Below are positions 1 to 9,052 of a DNA stretch of 39,307 bases, in pieces. The position numbers were made by a program, and so were the translations under genes. Every line of letters begins with the position of its first letter. Position 1 is the stretch's first letter. The DNA is from a virus. Lineage: Duplodnaviria; Caudoviricetes. The notes under the pieces are model-generated. The model worked only from the letters and a program-made list of their open reading frames with translations, searched no databases and was not told the origin of the DNA. Location: IMG/VR virus record IMGVR_UViG_3300020712_000011, positions 1-39,307 of that record, one strand, 5' to 3'.

Positions 1-1
1 G

Positions 2-526
2 GTAACAGTTGTTTGTGAGCCAGGTAATCATGGAAGAATTGGAAAACTTGGCGAACTTCCAAAAGATGTGAACTGGGACAAGTTGGTCTATATGTTTGCT
101 GGTCAAGCTCTCAAAGGCGAGAAACGACTTACTTGGCAAATGTCCAAGGAAGATATTCAGCGCGTAGAGATTGGCAACTATAAAGCCCTGCTTATTCACG
201 GCGATGAAATCCGCTGGGGTACTGCCTCAACGATTGTCAGGTTTGCTGACCGCTGGAAGTCAGGGGCTTACAAGTTCTTTGATGAAGTGGACAAGATTAC
301 CAAGGGATTTGATTTCAGAGATTTATACATTGGTCACTTCCACCAGCACCAATCATGGAACATGGCTAATGGTGAAGGGCAGGTCTTTATGAGCGCAGCG
401 GTTGAATCCGGTAATCGTTACGCTAGAGATTTACTTGCTTCCAATGGCGAGCCTTCTCAGCGTTTGCACTTTGTGGACCCTGAGCGTGGGCGCGTAACAA
501 GCGAATATCGGTTGTGGCTATCGTGA
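2..526 (+). CDS. Metallophosphoesterase (calcineurin-like), 5'-truncated
   Basis: Frame is open from base 2 (VTVVCEPGNHGRIG...). Has GNHG, HGD and GHFH motifs. Confidence 0.8.
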   Translation, partial: VTVVCEPGNHGRIGKLGELPKDVNWDKLVYMFAGQALKGEKRLTWQMSKEDIQRVEIGNYKALLIHGDEIRWGTASTIVRFADRWKSGAYKFFDEVDKITKGFDFRDLYIGHFHQHQSWNMANGEGQVFMSAAVESGNRYARDLLASNGEPSQRLHFVDPERGRVTSEYRLWLS

Positions 527-539
527 AGGGTTGGTACTG

Positions 540-1451
540 ATGCGTGCGCGAATCCTTGTAGGCGATGTTCGCACTCGCTTATCAGAAATCCCCGATCAAT
601 CTGTTCAATCTTGCGTTACTTCGCCGCCGTATTGGGGACTTCGTGATTACGGTGAAGATTCCCAAATAGGACTTGAGCAATCTCCTACCAAGTATGTTGA
701 AGAACTTGTCAAAGTGTTTCAAGAAGTTAAACGAGTTTTGCGTGATGATGGCACTCTTTGGCTCAATTTGGGAGATTCTTATAGCGGTAGCGGCAAAGGG
801 CCAAGTGGCAATTTGGGAAAGACCCATGATGAGCGCAACATGGAAGAAAAGCACTCGGCAATCGTTCCCGATGGGTTAAAACCCAAAGACCTTGTTGGCA
901 TCCCTTGGCGCGTAGCCTTTGCTCTACAAGCCGATGGTTGGTATTTGCGCCAAGACATCATTTGGGCGAAACCAAATCCAATGCCGGAATCTGTTACGGA
1001 TAGATGCACCAAATCTCACGAGTACCTGTTCCTTTTGAGCAAATCGTCCAAGTATTTTTATGATAACGAGGCGATAAAAGAACCTACCACCACAAGAGAT
1101 GATAATGAACGGGATAGAGATTCCACCAAATTAAACAATGTACCCGGACGAACTCGCATGGCTGGATTGAAAACTAATGACTACGAAATGCGCAATAAGC
1201 GTGATGTATGGACTATCAATACGAAACCTTTTAAGGGAGCGCACTTCGCCGTTATGCCAGAAGCGTTAGTTGAACCTTGTATTTTGGCTGGGAGTAAAGA
1301 AGGTGACACAATCCTTGACCCATTTAGCGGGTCGGGAACGGTTGGCTTGGTGGCACTTACCAACAATCGAGAGTATCTAGGGGTTGAGTTGAACCCGCAA
1401 TACGCCGAAATGTCCGTTGAACGCATTGGATTAGGGGCAGAACTTGGATAA
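540..1451 (+). CDS. DNA N4-cytosine/N6-adenine methyltransferase (beta class)
   Basis: VTSPPYWGLRDY catalytic motif before the LDPFSGSGT SAM-binding motif; ATG at 540 preferred. Confidence 0.92.
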   Translation: MRARILVGDVRTRLSEIPDQSVQSCVTSPPYWGLRDYGEDSQIGLEQSPTKYVEELVKVFQEVKRVLRDDGTLWLNLGDSYSGSGKGPSGNLGKTHDERNMEEKHSAIVPDGLKPKDLVGIPWRVAFALQADGWYLRQDIIWAKPNPMPESVTDRCTKSHEYLFLLSKSSKYFYDNEAIKEPTTTRDDNERDRDSTKLNNVPGRTRMAGLKTNDYEMRNKRDVWTINTKPFKGAHFAVMPEALVEPCILAGSKEGDTILDPFSGSGTVGLVALTNNREYLGVELNPQYAEMSVERIGLGAELG

Positions 1452-1556
1452 AGAATTGCGCGAGCTGACACTCATCGCTATAAGAAGATGGGAAATGCGG
1501 TAGCAGTACCAGTTGTGGATTTTCTTATTAAGAGGCTTCTTCATCCATCTCTTTGA
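1452..1556 (+). pseudogene. Vestigial C-terminus (motif X) of a C5-cytosine methyltransferase
   Basis: In frame after the MTase stop: RIARADTHRYKKMGNAVAVPVVDFLIKRLL..., matching the RYKxxGNAVxVPV motif. Confidence 0.7.
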
Positions 1557-1860
1557 TTAACCATTCCCAAAGTTTTGGATTTTGTTTCAAAGTATCCATA
1601 AAATGAAACCCCACGATGTCGCAGACTTCTTCTTCATTGAAGCGTTTTCTGTCATGGATTGGGGTTTCAGCTATTACCGCATGGGTAATTTCGTGCATAA
1701 GAACTCTTAAAAGTTTGTCGTCTTGCATAGAAGGCGAAATATGAATTGTGTTGTTATCTGGGTCGCATAGCCCGTTATTGTCATCTGAAACATAGTCGTA
1801 CCGCACCTTGTATCTTTGCCCAAAAATCTTGATCGAAGTGGGGCGGTTATTGGGAGCCAT
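1528..1860 (-). CDS. Small zincin-like HExxH metallopeptidase-fold protein
   Basis: LMHEITHA motif with a downstream EE helix. Confidence 0.65.
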   Translation of the reverse strand: MAPNNRPTSIKIFGQRYKVRYDYVSDDNNGLCDPDNNTIHISPSMQDDKLLRVLMHEITHAVIAETPIHDRKRFNEEEVCDIVGFHFMDTLKQNPKLWEWLIKEMDEEAS

Positions 1861-1895
1861 GCGCCAATCTTACCTTGCGACACGGAAAGTAATGC

Positions 1896-1931
1896 TTGAC
1901 AATAAAGATTACGCTCCGCTAGATTACGCTC
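1896..1931 (+). promoter_or_regulatory. Sigma70-type promoter with tandem AGATTACG boxes
   Basis: TTGACA(1896)-18-TAGATT(1920); AGATTACGCTC repeated at 1906 and 1921; followed by a hairpin and GAAAAGG RBS. Confidence 0.75.
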
Positions 1932-1967
1932 AATGGGTCATAAGACCCCCAACAGAAAAGGTGCAAA

Positions 1968-2615
1968 ATGAGTGAAAAAGTAGTAAATCCAGTAAGTAAG
2001 ATGCTGGAGCCGTTTCCAGCCAATGAAATCAACCAGATTCCCAAGGGTGGAATCCAGCTTGATTATGTAGGTCACGCTGCCCTGACCAAGCGATTGCTTG
2101 AAACCGACCTAGAATGGTCGTGGGAGCCTTTTGCCGTAGGCGAGGATGGATTGCCTAAGTTGGATGATAAAGGCGGTCTATGGATACGCCTGACGGTCTG
2201 TGGCATTACTCGTATCGGCTATGGAGATTCCGGAAACTCCAAGGGAACCAATGCAGTTAAGGAAGCCATTGGAGATGCTTTGCGTAATGCTGGCATGCGC
2301 TTTGGGGCAGCCCTTGATTTGTGGCACAAAGGCGATCTCTTTGACCTTACTGAATCGCGTGGCAATGGCACACCAGAGAAGGTTAAAGCTGATAAGCCAG
2401 CACCCCGTAATGTTGAAAAGCCAACCCACACAGATGCCCAAATTGCCCGCGCACATGTTCTAGTTACATCCATTAAGGCTCATACCGATGTTGAGAAGTT
2501 GCGGAAGTTGTGGTCTGAATCCACCGAATTTTTGGATATTCCCGTTGATGGAACAACACTCAAGGATGCAATCAATTCTCAGGTTTACTACATTAAAGAA
2601 AATGAGGAAGCATGA
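1968..2615 (+). CDS. Rad52/Sak-like single-strand annealing protein
   Basis: YVGHAALTKRLL..WSWEP and KEAIGDALRNAGMRFG motifs; next to an exonuclease. Confidence 0.75.
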   Translation: MSEKVVNPVSKMLEPFPANEINQIPKGGIQLDYVGHAALTKRLLETDLEWSWEPFAVGEDGLPKLDDKGGLWIRLTVCGITRIGYGDSGNSKGTNAVKEAIGDALRNAGMRFGAALDLWHKGDLFDLTESRGNGTPEKVKADKPAPRNVEKPTHTDAQIARAHVLVTSIKAHTDVEKLRKLWSESTEFLDIPVDGTTLKDAINSQVYYIKENEEA

Positions 2616-2908
2616 ACGGAGAAGATTTAGCCAATTTTGGCACACGCATTGCCCTTATTGAGAAATCCCTCTGGTCATCAGATGCCGAACTTTGGTTTAT
2701 CAAATTGGATAAGGGAACACGCTTTACTTCAGAAGATTTGATCGAGGCAATTGGATTACCAGGAGAAGGAACCATCAACTCCAACAATGCGGTTGGAGCA
2801 AAGATGCGCGAATGGTCGCATGATGGCTCAATCTCTCGCGTGGGCTTTCAACGCGCTACTCGCCTCACTTCTCATGCTCGCGCCATTGCTTTATGGGAGA
2901 AATTATGA
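2612..2908 (+). CDS. Hypothetical protein, possibly winged-helix
   Basis: ATGA overlap with neighbouring genes. Confidence 0.6.
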   Translation: MNGEDLANFGTRIALIEKSLWSSDAELWFIKLDKGTRFTSEDLIEAIGLPGEGTINSNNAVGAKMREWSHDGSISRVGFQRATRLTSHARAIALWEKL

Positions 2909-3588
2909 GCGAAGAAACCAATGACTTTCTCTATCGTTTTCTTACCGAAGCCCTGACCGCGCAAGACAATAATCGCTCGCGCTCTAAGCAAATAGAGATT
3001 GGACCCTCTCAACTTGGCGGTTGCCGTAGGCAGGTGTATTACCAACTTACGGGTAAAGAGGAAACCAATTCTCCAGAGAAGTTGCCAGCAATTTTGGGAA
3101 CTTTCATTCATGCCGGAATTGCGGAAGCAATCAAGCGCGAAGACCCATTTGGTGACAACTTGCTTATCGAGCAAGAGATAGATGCTTTTGGGATGCCAGC
3201 TCACACCGACCTTTACATTAAAGATAAACGATTAGTTGTGGACTGGAAAACCACCACAAAGGCAAGCCTTCGCTATTTCCCTAGCGATCAACAAGTATGG
3301 CAAGCGCAGGTTTATGCTCATATTCTCAAAGAGAACGGGCATGACCCATTGACAGTCGCACTTGTAACGATTCCCAGAGATGGCAAGATGGGGGACATAC
3401 TGGTTCATTCTGAACCTTATGACCCAGTCAAGGCGGAGGCTGCCTTTGCGTGGTATGAAGAAGTTAAACAAGCATCTATTGACAAAATTGTTCCTGCTCC
3501 AGAAAAACCGCGCCATTTTTGTAAGTTCTATTGCGCTTATTACGATGAAAGCGGGGATATTGGGTGTTCTTCCATGAGGCGGGGATAG
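2905..3588 (+). CDS. Cas4-like PD-(D/E)xK exonuclease
   Basis: GPSQLGGCRR, GTFIH, D..VVDWKT, QAQVY and C-terminal CxxxC/C Fe-S cysteines. Confidence 0.85.
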   Translation: MSEETNDFLYRFLTEALTAQDNNRSRSKQIEIGPSQLGGCRRQVYYQLTGKEETNSPEKLPAILGTFIHAGIAEAIKREDPFGDNLLIEQEIDAFGMPAHTDLYIKDKRLVVDWKTTTKASLRYFPSDQQVWQAQVYAHILKENGHDPLTVALVTIPRDGKMGDILVHSEPYDPVKAEAAFAWYEEVKQASIDKIVPAPEKPRHFCKFYCAYYDESGDIGCSSMRRG

Positions 3589-3920
3589 ATTGGGAGCAAG
3601 CCGCATGTGTGGGTTTGCCATTCAATTACTTTTTTGACCCCGAAGAAAGTCGGGAAGCGTTCAAAGAGATGATGTTGATTCGCCCCGTTTGCATGGCTTG
3701 TCCTATTCAAATGAAATGTTTGAAATGGGGATTCGAGCAGGAGGAGTTTGGCGTATGGGGCGGATTGACTGAAGCTGAAAGAGATTCCTTTAGGGGAAGT
3801 TTGCGAGTAAAGGGTTTGAAGGAAAAAACTTTATTTGTGCTTAACCAATATGGAATCACCGAAGATATGGTCAATGAAGTTGTCGCTCCTAGAGTGAAAA
3901 AAAGGATTTACAATGACTGA
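3564..3920 (+). CDS. whiB: WhiB family transcriptional regulator
   Basis: W..AAC...CxxCP...C and GVWGGLTEAER signature. Confidence 0.9.
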   Translation: MFFHEAGIDWEQAACVGLPFNYFFDPEESREAFKEMMLIRPVCMACPIQMKCLKWGFEQEEFGVWGGLTEAERDSFRGSLRVKGLKEKTLFVLNQYGITEDMVNEVVAPRVKKRIYND

Positions 3921-4335
3921 ACAACCCTTTGGGGAGTTTTGGAATACTTACCCAATTCGCAAGAATGTTGTCGCAGCCAGAGAGTCGTGGCGTATTGCTA
4001 TTAAGAAAGTTTCCCCCGAAACGATCTTAGAAGCCATCAAGCAGTACGCCAGCGACCCTCACCGCGACCCTTCCTATACTCCTTTTCCGGCGCGTTGGCT
4101 CGATGAAGAACGCTGGCTTGATGGCCCAACTCCGCCACGCAAACTTAGTGAACAGGAAGCCAAGGAATACGAAATCGAACAAGCGAGGATTCGTGATGAA
4201 CGCGAAAGATTGCGTTCTGCTCAGATAGCACAGGAATTACAACAAGCGAAAGAGAGAAGCGTACCTATGCCAGAGGCAATCAAGGCGGAACTTATAGCCA
4301 AAGGAATTAAGAGGATTAACCATGAGCAAGGCTAA
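3913..4335 (+). CDS. Phage replication initiator-like protein
   Basis: FGEFWNTYP.RK...PARWL...RWLD pattern seen in phage replisome organiser C-terminal domains. Confidence 0.5.
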   Translation: MTEQPFGEFWNTYPIRKNVVAARESWRIAIKKVSPETILEAIKQYASDPHRDPSYTPFPARWLDEERWLDGPTPPRKLSEQEAKEYEIEQARIRDERERLRSAQIAQELQQAKERSVPMPEAIKAELIAKGIKRINHEQG

Positions 4336-4693
4336 ACAAAAAGGCACTTCGGCTGAAACTGCTTTTGTTAAGAACGCGCAAGTAAAAGCCATGTTTCCTG
4401 ATGTCGAACGCAGAGCCTTAACGGGCGCACTCGATCAAGGAGATATTGCTGGATGTGGCAATCTCGTATTTGAAATTAAGAACCAAAAAACCTATTCAAT
4501 CCCAGCGTGGCTCAAAGAAACAACGGCTGAAACGATCAACGCGGGGGCAGAATTTGGTTTCCTCATAGTCAAACCTAACGGGGTTGGGCTTGATTCGGTA
4601 GGCGATTGGTGGATGATTCAACGGGTTTCTGACGGGTTGGATTTGCTAAGAACCGCTGGTTATTCACTTGACACAGATTACGGCAAGGAATAG
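4322..4693 (+). CDS. Holliday junction resolvase (PD-(D/E)xK, actinophage type)
   Basis: MSKAKQKGTSAE, DQGDI and FEIKN motifs. Confidence 0.75.
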   Translation: MSKAKQKGTSAETAFVKNAQVKAMFPDVERRALTGALDQGDIAGCGNLVFEIKNQKTYSIPAWLKETTAETINAGAEFGFLIVKPNGVGLDSVGDWWMIQRVSDGLDLLRTAGYSLDTDYGKE

Positions 4694-4700
4694 ATTACGC
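4668..4700 (+). promoter_or_regulatory. Sigma70-type promoter with tandem AGATTACG boxes
   Basis: TTGACA(4668)-17-TAGATT(4691); AGATTACG at 4675 and 4692; hairpin GGAGC-ATCA-GCTCC, then GAAAAGGTGCAA as at 1955. Confidence 0.75.
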
Positions 4701-4739
4701 AGTAACGGAGCATCAGCTCCCCAAGAGAAAAGGTGCAAT

Positions 4740-4868
4740 ATGGAATGTGTATTTTGCGGAACCAAAGGTGGTTTCGCTAATCAGGTAGTTATTTATTTGG
4801 CTGGCGATGGTACTGGAATTGCCGAGTGCGATTGGTGCAATGCCGGAGCAAGGTCGGTGAAAAAGTGA
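4740..4868 (+). CDS. Small Zn-finger protein (CxxC...CxxC)
   Basis: MECVFCG...ECDWC with a strong RBS; this start is preferred over 4668. Confidence 0.6.
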   Translation: MECVFCGTKGGFANQVVIYLAGDGTGIAECDWCNAGARSVKK

Positions 4869-5134
4869 CTTCAATTCTTGGTTCGGGCGACCCTGCTTTC
4901 TACCATTCAAACCGCGATTCTGCGGAAGCTGAACGCGAACTTCAAATCAAGTACGAGGATTCCATTTTCAATGATGGTCGCCGTTCTTGCTATGACTGCG
5001 AAAATGTCCATGACGGTGAATCAATGATTGACTGGGAAGCCGAAGGTTATGTTTGGAAACTTTGCCCATCGTGTTCTTGGAGCAGAAATCAAGAAGCCAT
5101 GTATGGCAAGACCTTATCAACCCAACAATTCTAA
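4865..5134 (+). CDS. Hypothetical Zn-binding protein
   Basis: GTGA overlap start; two CxxC motifs. Confidence 0.55.
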   Translation: MTSILGSGDPAFYHSNRDSAEAERELQIKYEDSIFNDGRRSCYDCENVHDGESMIDWEAEGYVWKLCPSCSWSRNQEAMYGKTLSTQQF

Positions 5135-5206
5135 GCGAGGGGTTGAAATGACCGACCTAGAGATTGTTCAAGGAGCGCAAGCCAAAGCGATAATGGGGGT
5201 AACGGA

Positions 5207-5476
5207 ATGACCCAACCCACTCACGATGAAGTTATAGCGTGGATTGATGAGCGAATCGCCAAATTAAATGAGGTAATTAACAACCCTTGCGCTTGGGGCA
5301 TTGAAACCGAGATTGAATACCGCGCCTCTCTCCTAGCCAACCGAGATGTGTTGGTGAGGCATGAGGGAAAGTCAGATGAAACCGAATCTTGGTGCGTGGA
5401 ATGTGGTGAGTTTAAGTATTACTTCCCCTGCCCTACCTATCTAGACATAGCCCAACGATTAGACGAGGTGATGTAG
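5207..5476 (+). CDS. Hypothetical protein (CxxC...PCPT)
   Basis: Motif common in actinophage small proteins; coupled to neighbours. Confidence 0.55.
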   Translation: MTQPTHDEVIAWIDERIAKLNEVINNPCAWGIETEIEYRASLLANRDVLVRHEGKSDETESWCVECGEFKYYFPCPTYLDIAQRLDEVM

Positions 5477-5734
5477 GTGAGGCACAAATTAAACATTGAC
5501 GAAAGTTATCTTACTCAATTATTAAGTGGCAAGAAAACCTTTGAGGTTCGCCTAAATGATAGAGGCTACAACGCTGGCGATACTTTGGAATTTCACGACC
5601 CAAGTTGCCTAAGACTAGGCCCTGATTGTCGCAAGTATGTCTTTGATGTTCTTTATGTTTATTCTGGGATAGGACTTCAACCAAATTATGTAGTCATGTC
5701 CGTAGCCCTACAACAAAGCGAGATGGAGAAGTGA
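5477..5734 (+). CDS. ASCH/PUA-like (DUF3850-type) protein
   Basis: H.L.I...SGKKTFEVRLNDRGY..GD.L motif. Confidence 0.8.
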   Translation: MRHKLNIDESYLTQLLSGKKTFEVRLNDRGYNAGDTLEFHDPSCLRLGPDCRKYVFDVLYVYSGIGLQPNYVVMSVALQQSEMEK

Positions 5735-6012
5735 GTTACCTAAAAGATTTACCCTGCGCGGGTTGTGGAACCGAAATCACTTACTACTTCCCCGATAAAC
5801 CAACGGCGCATTATTGCTATTGTGAGTTTCGGCATGAGATTGGCGAGCAAATAGCGCGGGAGATTGAGGCTGAGTGCAAACAAGGCGGTGCGATGGCTTG
5901 TGGAATTTCTGGAAATTATCAATGCTCTTGTTCTGGAGCCGTCGCTATCGCTAAGCGTGAACCTAATCAAGTAACTAAAGATGCTATTGAGGAAGCGAGG
6001 AAGATGAAGTGA
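5731..6012 (+). CDS. Cys-rich hypothetical protein
   Basis: GTGA coupling; EQIAREIE motif. Confidence 0.55.
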   Translation: MSYLKDLPCAGCGTEITYYFPDKPTAHYCYCEFRHEIGEQIAREIEAECKQGGAMACGISGNYQCSCSGAVAIAKREPNQVTKDAIEEARKMK

Positions 6013-6182
6013 ACCTAACTAAGCGAATCCTCAGCGATGAGGAAGTCCGGCAGATAAGAGCTGAATATCGAGTTGAGAAGGGGAATACGGTGGGATTGGT
6101 TGAGTTGGCTAAGAAGTTTGGGGTGAGCCAAAACACCGTGAGAGAAATTGCTAAACGCAATAGATATGAGGATGTTGCTTAA
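6009..6182 (+). CDS. Small HTH protein (57 aa, not in ORF track)
   Basis: MNLTKRILSDEEVRQIR...LAKKFGVSQNTVREI; overlaps both neighbours. Confidence 0.7.
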   Translation: MNLTKRILSDEEVRQIRAEYRVEKGNTVGLVELAKKFGVSQNTVREIAKRNRYEDVA

Positions 6183-6376
6183 TGACTTACTCAATTATTT
6201 CTGAGGGGTTACTACTTTCAGAACCTTTATACATAGGGTTAATTCCTTGCTCTGATTGTCCTGAACAAATTGCTATAGATCGTGAATTTCATAGAACTAC
6301 ATGGGTCGAAGCGAAATGTCCTGATTGCTTTTGTATCAATTATCGGATGTTTGGAGCCAAAAATGCCTCATTATGA
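6182..6376 (+). CDS. Small Zn-ribbon protein
   Basis: Two CxxC pairs; TAATG coupling. Confidence 0.5.
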   Translation: MTYSIISEGLLLSEPLYIGLIPCSDCPEQIAIDREFHRTTWVEAKCPDCFCINYRMFGAKNASL

Positions 6377-6536
6377 CTTCAAATGTCCTGATTGTCAGGG
6401 TTTCTCCACCGTCTATTTCACAATAGATGACATACACTCAGTCGAGTGTCCTAAGTGCCATGTTCAAATGAACAAGGTATTCCAAGCAACACCTAGTCAC
6501 TTCAAAGGAACAGGATGGGCAAAAAATGACCGATAG
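6363..6536 (+). CDS. FmdB-family zinc-ribbon protein
   Basis: MPHYDFKCPDC...CPKC...FKGTGW. Confidence 0.8.
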   Translation: MPHYDFKCPDCQGFSTVYFTIDDIHSVECPKCHVQMNKVFQATPSHFKGTGWAKNDR

Positions 6537-6768
6537 AAAGCCGTTTAAGCCAGACCCTACGGCGGTAGGTGAGCAAGTTAATGGACTCATGCTCTATGTG
6601 CATAATCGAGTTGCACAAGATATTCAAAGCGCGATTGCCGCTTTAATCTTAGAGCCTTACCCTGGGTTGCTTGACCTTACACCAGAAGCAATTTACACTC
6701 AAGCATTGCAGAAAGCTCGGGACATTGCTGCAAGTTTTGTGAAGGATACCGTCACTCTCAAAAAATAA
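6526..6768 (+). CDS. Hypothetical protein
   Basis: ORF in the operon. Confidence 0.55.
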   Translation: MTDRKPFKPDPTAVGEQVNGLMLYVHNRVAQDIQSAIAALILEPYPGLLDLTPEAIYTQALQKARDIAASFVKDTVTLKK

Positions 6769-6778
6769 GGAGCATGAA

Positions 6779-6874
6779 ATGGATGAAAAGATCAATCGTT
6801 GCCCCAGTTGTGGGGGCTATATCTACGCCACGAACGCTTGCTTTGTCTGCATTAAGGAGAGAAGCGAGAAATAA
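6779..6874 (+). CDS. Tiny Zn-finger protein (31 aa)
   Basis: MDEKINRCPSCGG...CFVC; AGGAG RBS. Confidence 0.45.
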   Translation: MDEKINRCPSCGGYIYATNACFVCIKERSEK

Positions 6875-6886
6875 ATAAAGACATCT

Positions 6887-7261
6887 TTGCGCTTCCTTGT
6901 AGTCGCCGGATTATCGGTTGGAATCGTATTCGCTAGTGCAGCGCAAGCCTTGGAACCTAAATTGCTGGTGGTTAAGCTCCAGCCAAGGGCTTTCGCTAGA
7001 ACTTTAATTTCCGCAAAAGAGTTTTCCTGCCTGGATAAACTCTGGAAGGCTGAAAGTCATTGGAACGCAAAGGCTAAAAACCCTAGTTCTGGTGCTTACG
7101 GCATAGCACAATTCATGCCGCAAACTTGGAAAAACTACAATTTAGTCAAAACATCTAACCCATACAAACAGATTACTTATGGGTTACACTACATTCAAAT
7201 GCGCTACGCGGGTTCAGCTTGCTTGGCGTGGCAACATGAACGCAATTACAACTGGTACTAG
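6887..7261 (+). CDS. Secreted lytic transglycosylase (SLT/Rpf-like)
   Basis: Signal peptide; CL..LW..ES.WN, AYGIAQ and YI..RY motifs. Confidence 0.85.
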   Translation: MRFLVVAGLSVGIVFASAAQALEPKLLVVKLQPRAFARTLISAKEFSCLDKLWKAESHWNAKAKNPSSGAYGIAQFMPQTWKNYNLVKTSNPYKQITYGLHYIQMRYAGSACLAWQHERNYNWY

Positions 7262-7272
7262 AAAAGGAAAAA

Positions 7273-7635
7273 ATGAACAATTTAACTATTACAGGAAACC
7301 TTGGTAAAGACCCCGTATTGACCTTCACAAATGATAACAAGGCGGTTGCTACCTTCTCCATCGCCGTATCCCAGAATGTCCGTCAGGGCGATTCTTGGGT
7401 TGATGGGCCTACTTTGTGGCTGAAGGTTACATTCTTTGGTGCGATTGCAGAACGCATTGTGGATAGATACAAGAAAGGCGATACCGCTACCGTGTCCGGC
7501 AAACTCGTTTATGAGGAATACAAGAACGCTGATGGAGAAGAAAAATCAGGGTTGAAGATTCTCGGCAACGAAATCGAGAAGGTAGATCGCGCTAAGGTCG
7601 AGGCAACTGCCAAGTCAGATAAGGCTCCATTCTAA
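7273..7635 (+). CDS. ssb: Single-stranded DNA-binding protein
   Basis: ITGNLGKDP, OB fold and C-terminal APF. Confidence 0.92.
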   Translation: MNNLTITGNLGKDPVLTFTNDNKAVATFSIAVSQNVRQGDSWVDGPTLWLKVTFFGAIAERIVDRYKKGDTATVSGKLVYEEYKNADGEEKSGLKILGNEIEKVDRAKVEATAKSDKAPF

Positions 7636-7820
7636 TGAGTGAAGAACTTTGGTCTAGCCTTCAGGTAATCGAACACTTAAAAATCAATCTCAATAATTTA
7701 CGGCAGTTGCAATCTCGCAAGACAATTACCTGGAAGAAGAAAGTTGGAAAGCAAGTTTTCTATGATGCTGCCGAAATCCGAGCGTATCAAATCAAGCGCG
7801 AAGCCCGTAAGCAAGAGTAA
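7635..7820 (+). CDS. Small MerR/excisionase-like HTH protein
   Basis: LWS..QV.EHL.I..NNLRQ...GKQVFYD pattern. Confidence 0.6.
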   Translation: MSEELWSSLQVIEHLKINLNNLRQLQSRKTITWKKKVGKQVFYDAAEIRAYQIKREARKQE

Positions 7821-7829
7821 AGTTGGGGC

Positions 7830-8024
7830 ATGTTGGTTGTCGAAGATGAATCACTAGCCGAGATAGATGAAGCTCTCGGCAACCTTCAGCGCGATCTTTC
7901 TAGTGATACCTACGGAAACAGAATGAATTGGCGCAAGCGCGAGATGTTGTTGTGGAGCATAGATAATTTGCTCGATGCAAGGAGTGAGTTAGTCCAAAAA
8001 TTAAAAAATGCTGCCAATGAGTGA
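7830..8024 (+). CDS. Hypothetical protein
   Basis: Last gene of the rightward operon; IDNLLDAR motif. Confidence 0.55.
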   Translation: MLVVEDESLAEIDEALGNLQRDLSSDTYGNRMNWRKREMLLWSIDNLLDARSELVQKLKNAANE

Positions 8025-8079
8025 GTTCTACCTAATAACAGTCCAATAATTTTTTCGCAGCTTGAGTGAGTTCTGCCTA
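7982..8079 (+). repeat. GAGTGAGTT direct repeats
   Basis: At 7982, 8019 and 8064; the latter two extend to TGAGTGAGTTCTRCCTA. Confidence 0.7.
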
Positions 8080-8104
8080 GTGTCAGGCAATTAAATTTGC
8101 CTCA

Positions 8105-8167
8105 CTAGACTTTATAGTCAATTTTGTCTAATCTTTACGGTTAGACTTTTTTCCGTTTTTTGTCTAA
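8105..8167. promoter_or_regulatory. Two tandem TAGAC-N15-GTCTAA inverted-repeat sites
   Basis: 8105-8131 and 8141-8167; same 15-nt spacer as the copies at 11281 and 15389. Confidence 0.7.
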
Positions 8168-8195
8168 GTCTCTTCTATCTCTTTACGGTTAGGGC

Positions 8196-8492
8196 TTACT
8201 CTTCACTCTCCCATCCATGCCGGTCCGGATCGCATAAGTGCCCGCATGAATAGCAGACATAAGCGCCGCTAAGCCATGTTCGATAACCGAATCGACCTAG
8301 TGAGTCAATAAATAACCCGGACTCGTTAACGCTTACGCGCTCGCCGTTACCGGCATATCTCGGACAGTCGAAATAAGGGAGATCTTCCGAGTCTCCCGGA
8401 TCTTCGCATAGGCAGAAGCCGAAGCGCTGGAGCTGCGTCGAGTGAGTAAGCTGCGCTAGGTCGCTCCATGAGATCGAGTCGGCGGCGATCAT
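8196..8492 (-). CDS. Cys-rich hypothetical early protein
   Basis: Coupled to the upstream gene; CxC and CxxC motifs. Confidence 0.6.
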   Translation of the reverse strand: MIAADSISWSDLAQLTHSTQLQRFGFCLCEDPGDSEDLPYFDCPRYAGNGERVSVNESGLFIDSLGRFGYRTWLSGAYVCYSCGHLCDPDRHGWESEE

Positions 8493-9052
8493 GCGTTAAC
8501 TCCGGCGGGATGATCGACTTTCCCGGAAAGTAGGAAAATATCCCCGGCTTCTGCGATATCTTCTCTTGCGTGAGCTTCGCTAGTCCACTCTTCGATCCAC
8601 TTATAACCGTACTTTTCTAAATTCCGGCAGATCTTAAGATAGGACTCGCGAAATTCTTCGATCCCGTCGCTTATCTCTTCTCCTTCCGCGTCGAATAATT
8701 CCGGGGTAACCGTGTAACCGTGCGAGTAGTGATTAGAATTCCGCTTAAATTCTGCGTAAATAGCCGAATCGGGCCAGGATAAGCCGGGGGCCGTCTCTTT
8801 ATTTACTCGACCGGAGAAGCTAACCCCGTCTCCCTGGCTATAGCTTAGGGAATAAGAGATCTTAAGATCATCCGCGCCAGGTAGATCATAAGCGCCGGTA
8901 ATCTCGCGGGCTAATTCTTCGAGCATAGACTCTTCGAGAAGATAGTCCGGGATCTCCATATGGAGAGAATATCGCCATGCTTCTAGGGCCTTTTCTTGCG
9001 CTTCGGGAGATAATTCCTCGAAGCTATAGCGGGTTATTGTGTACTCTTTCAC
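8489..9052 (-). CDS. Acidic early protein (YSFEELSPEAQEKA family), possible anti-defence/DNA mimic
   Basis: Very Glu/Asp-rich; GAAAGG RBS; function inferred from context only. Confidence 0.55.
   Translation of the reverse strand: MKEYTITRYSFEELSPEAQEKALEAWRYSLHMEIPDYLLEESMLEELAREITGAYDLPGADDLKISYSLSYSQGDGVSFSGRVNKETAPGLSWPDSAIYAEFKRNSNHYSHGYTVTPELFDAEGEEISDGIEEFRESYLKICRNLEKYGYKWIEEWTSEAHAREDIAEAGDIFLLSGKVDHPAGVNA

Noticed and set aside
1449-1556. Stop-codon readthrough or recoded genetic code
   Set aside because: All three stops terminate genes normally elsewhere, and a C5 motif X adds nothing to a beta-class MTase
7982-8193. Mini CRISPR array linked to the Cas4-like gene
   Set aside because: Repeats are short, degenerate and unevenly spaced; Cas4-like nucleases are ordinary phage recombination genes; no other cas genes
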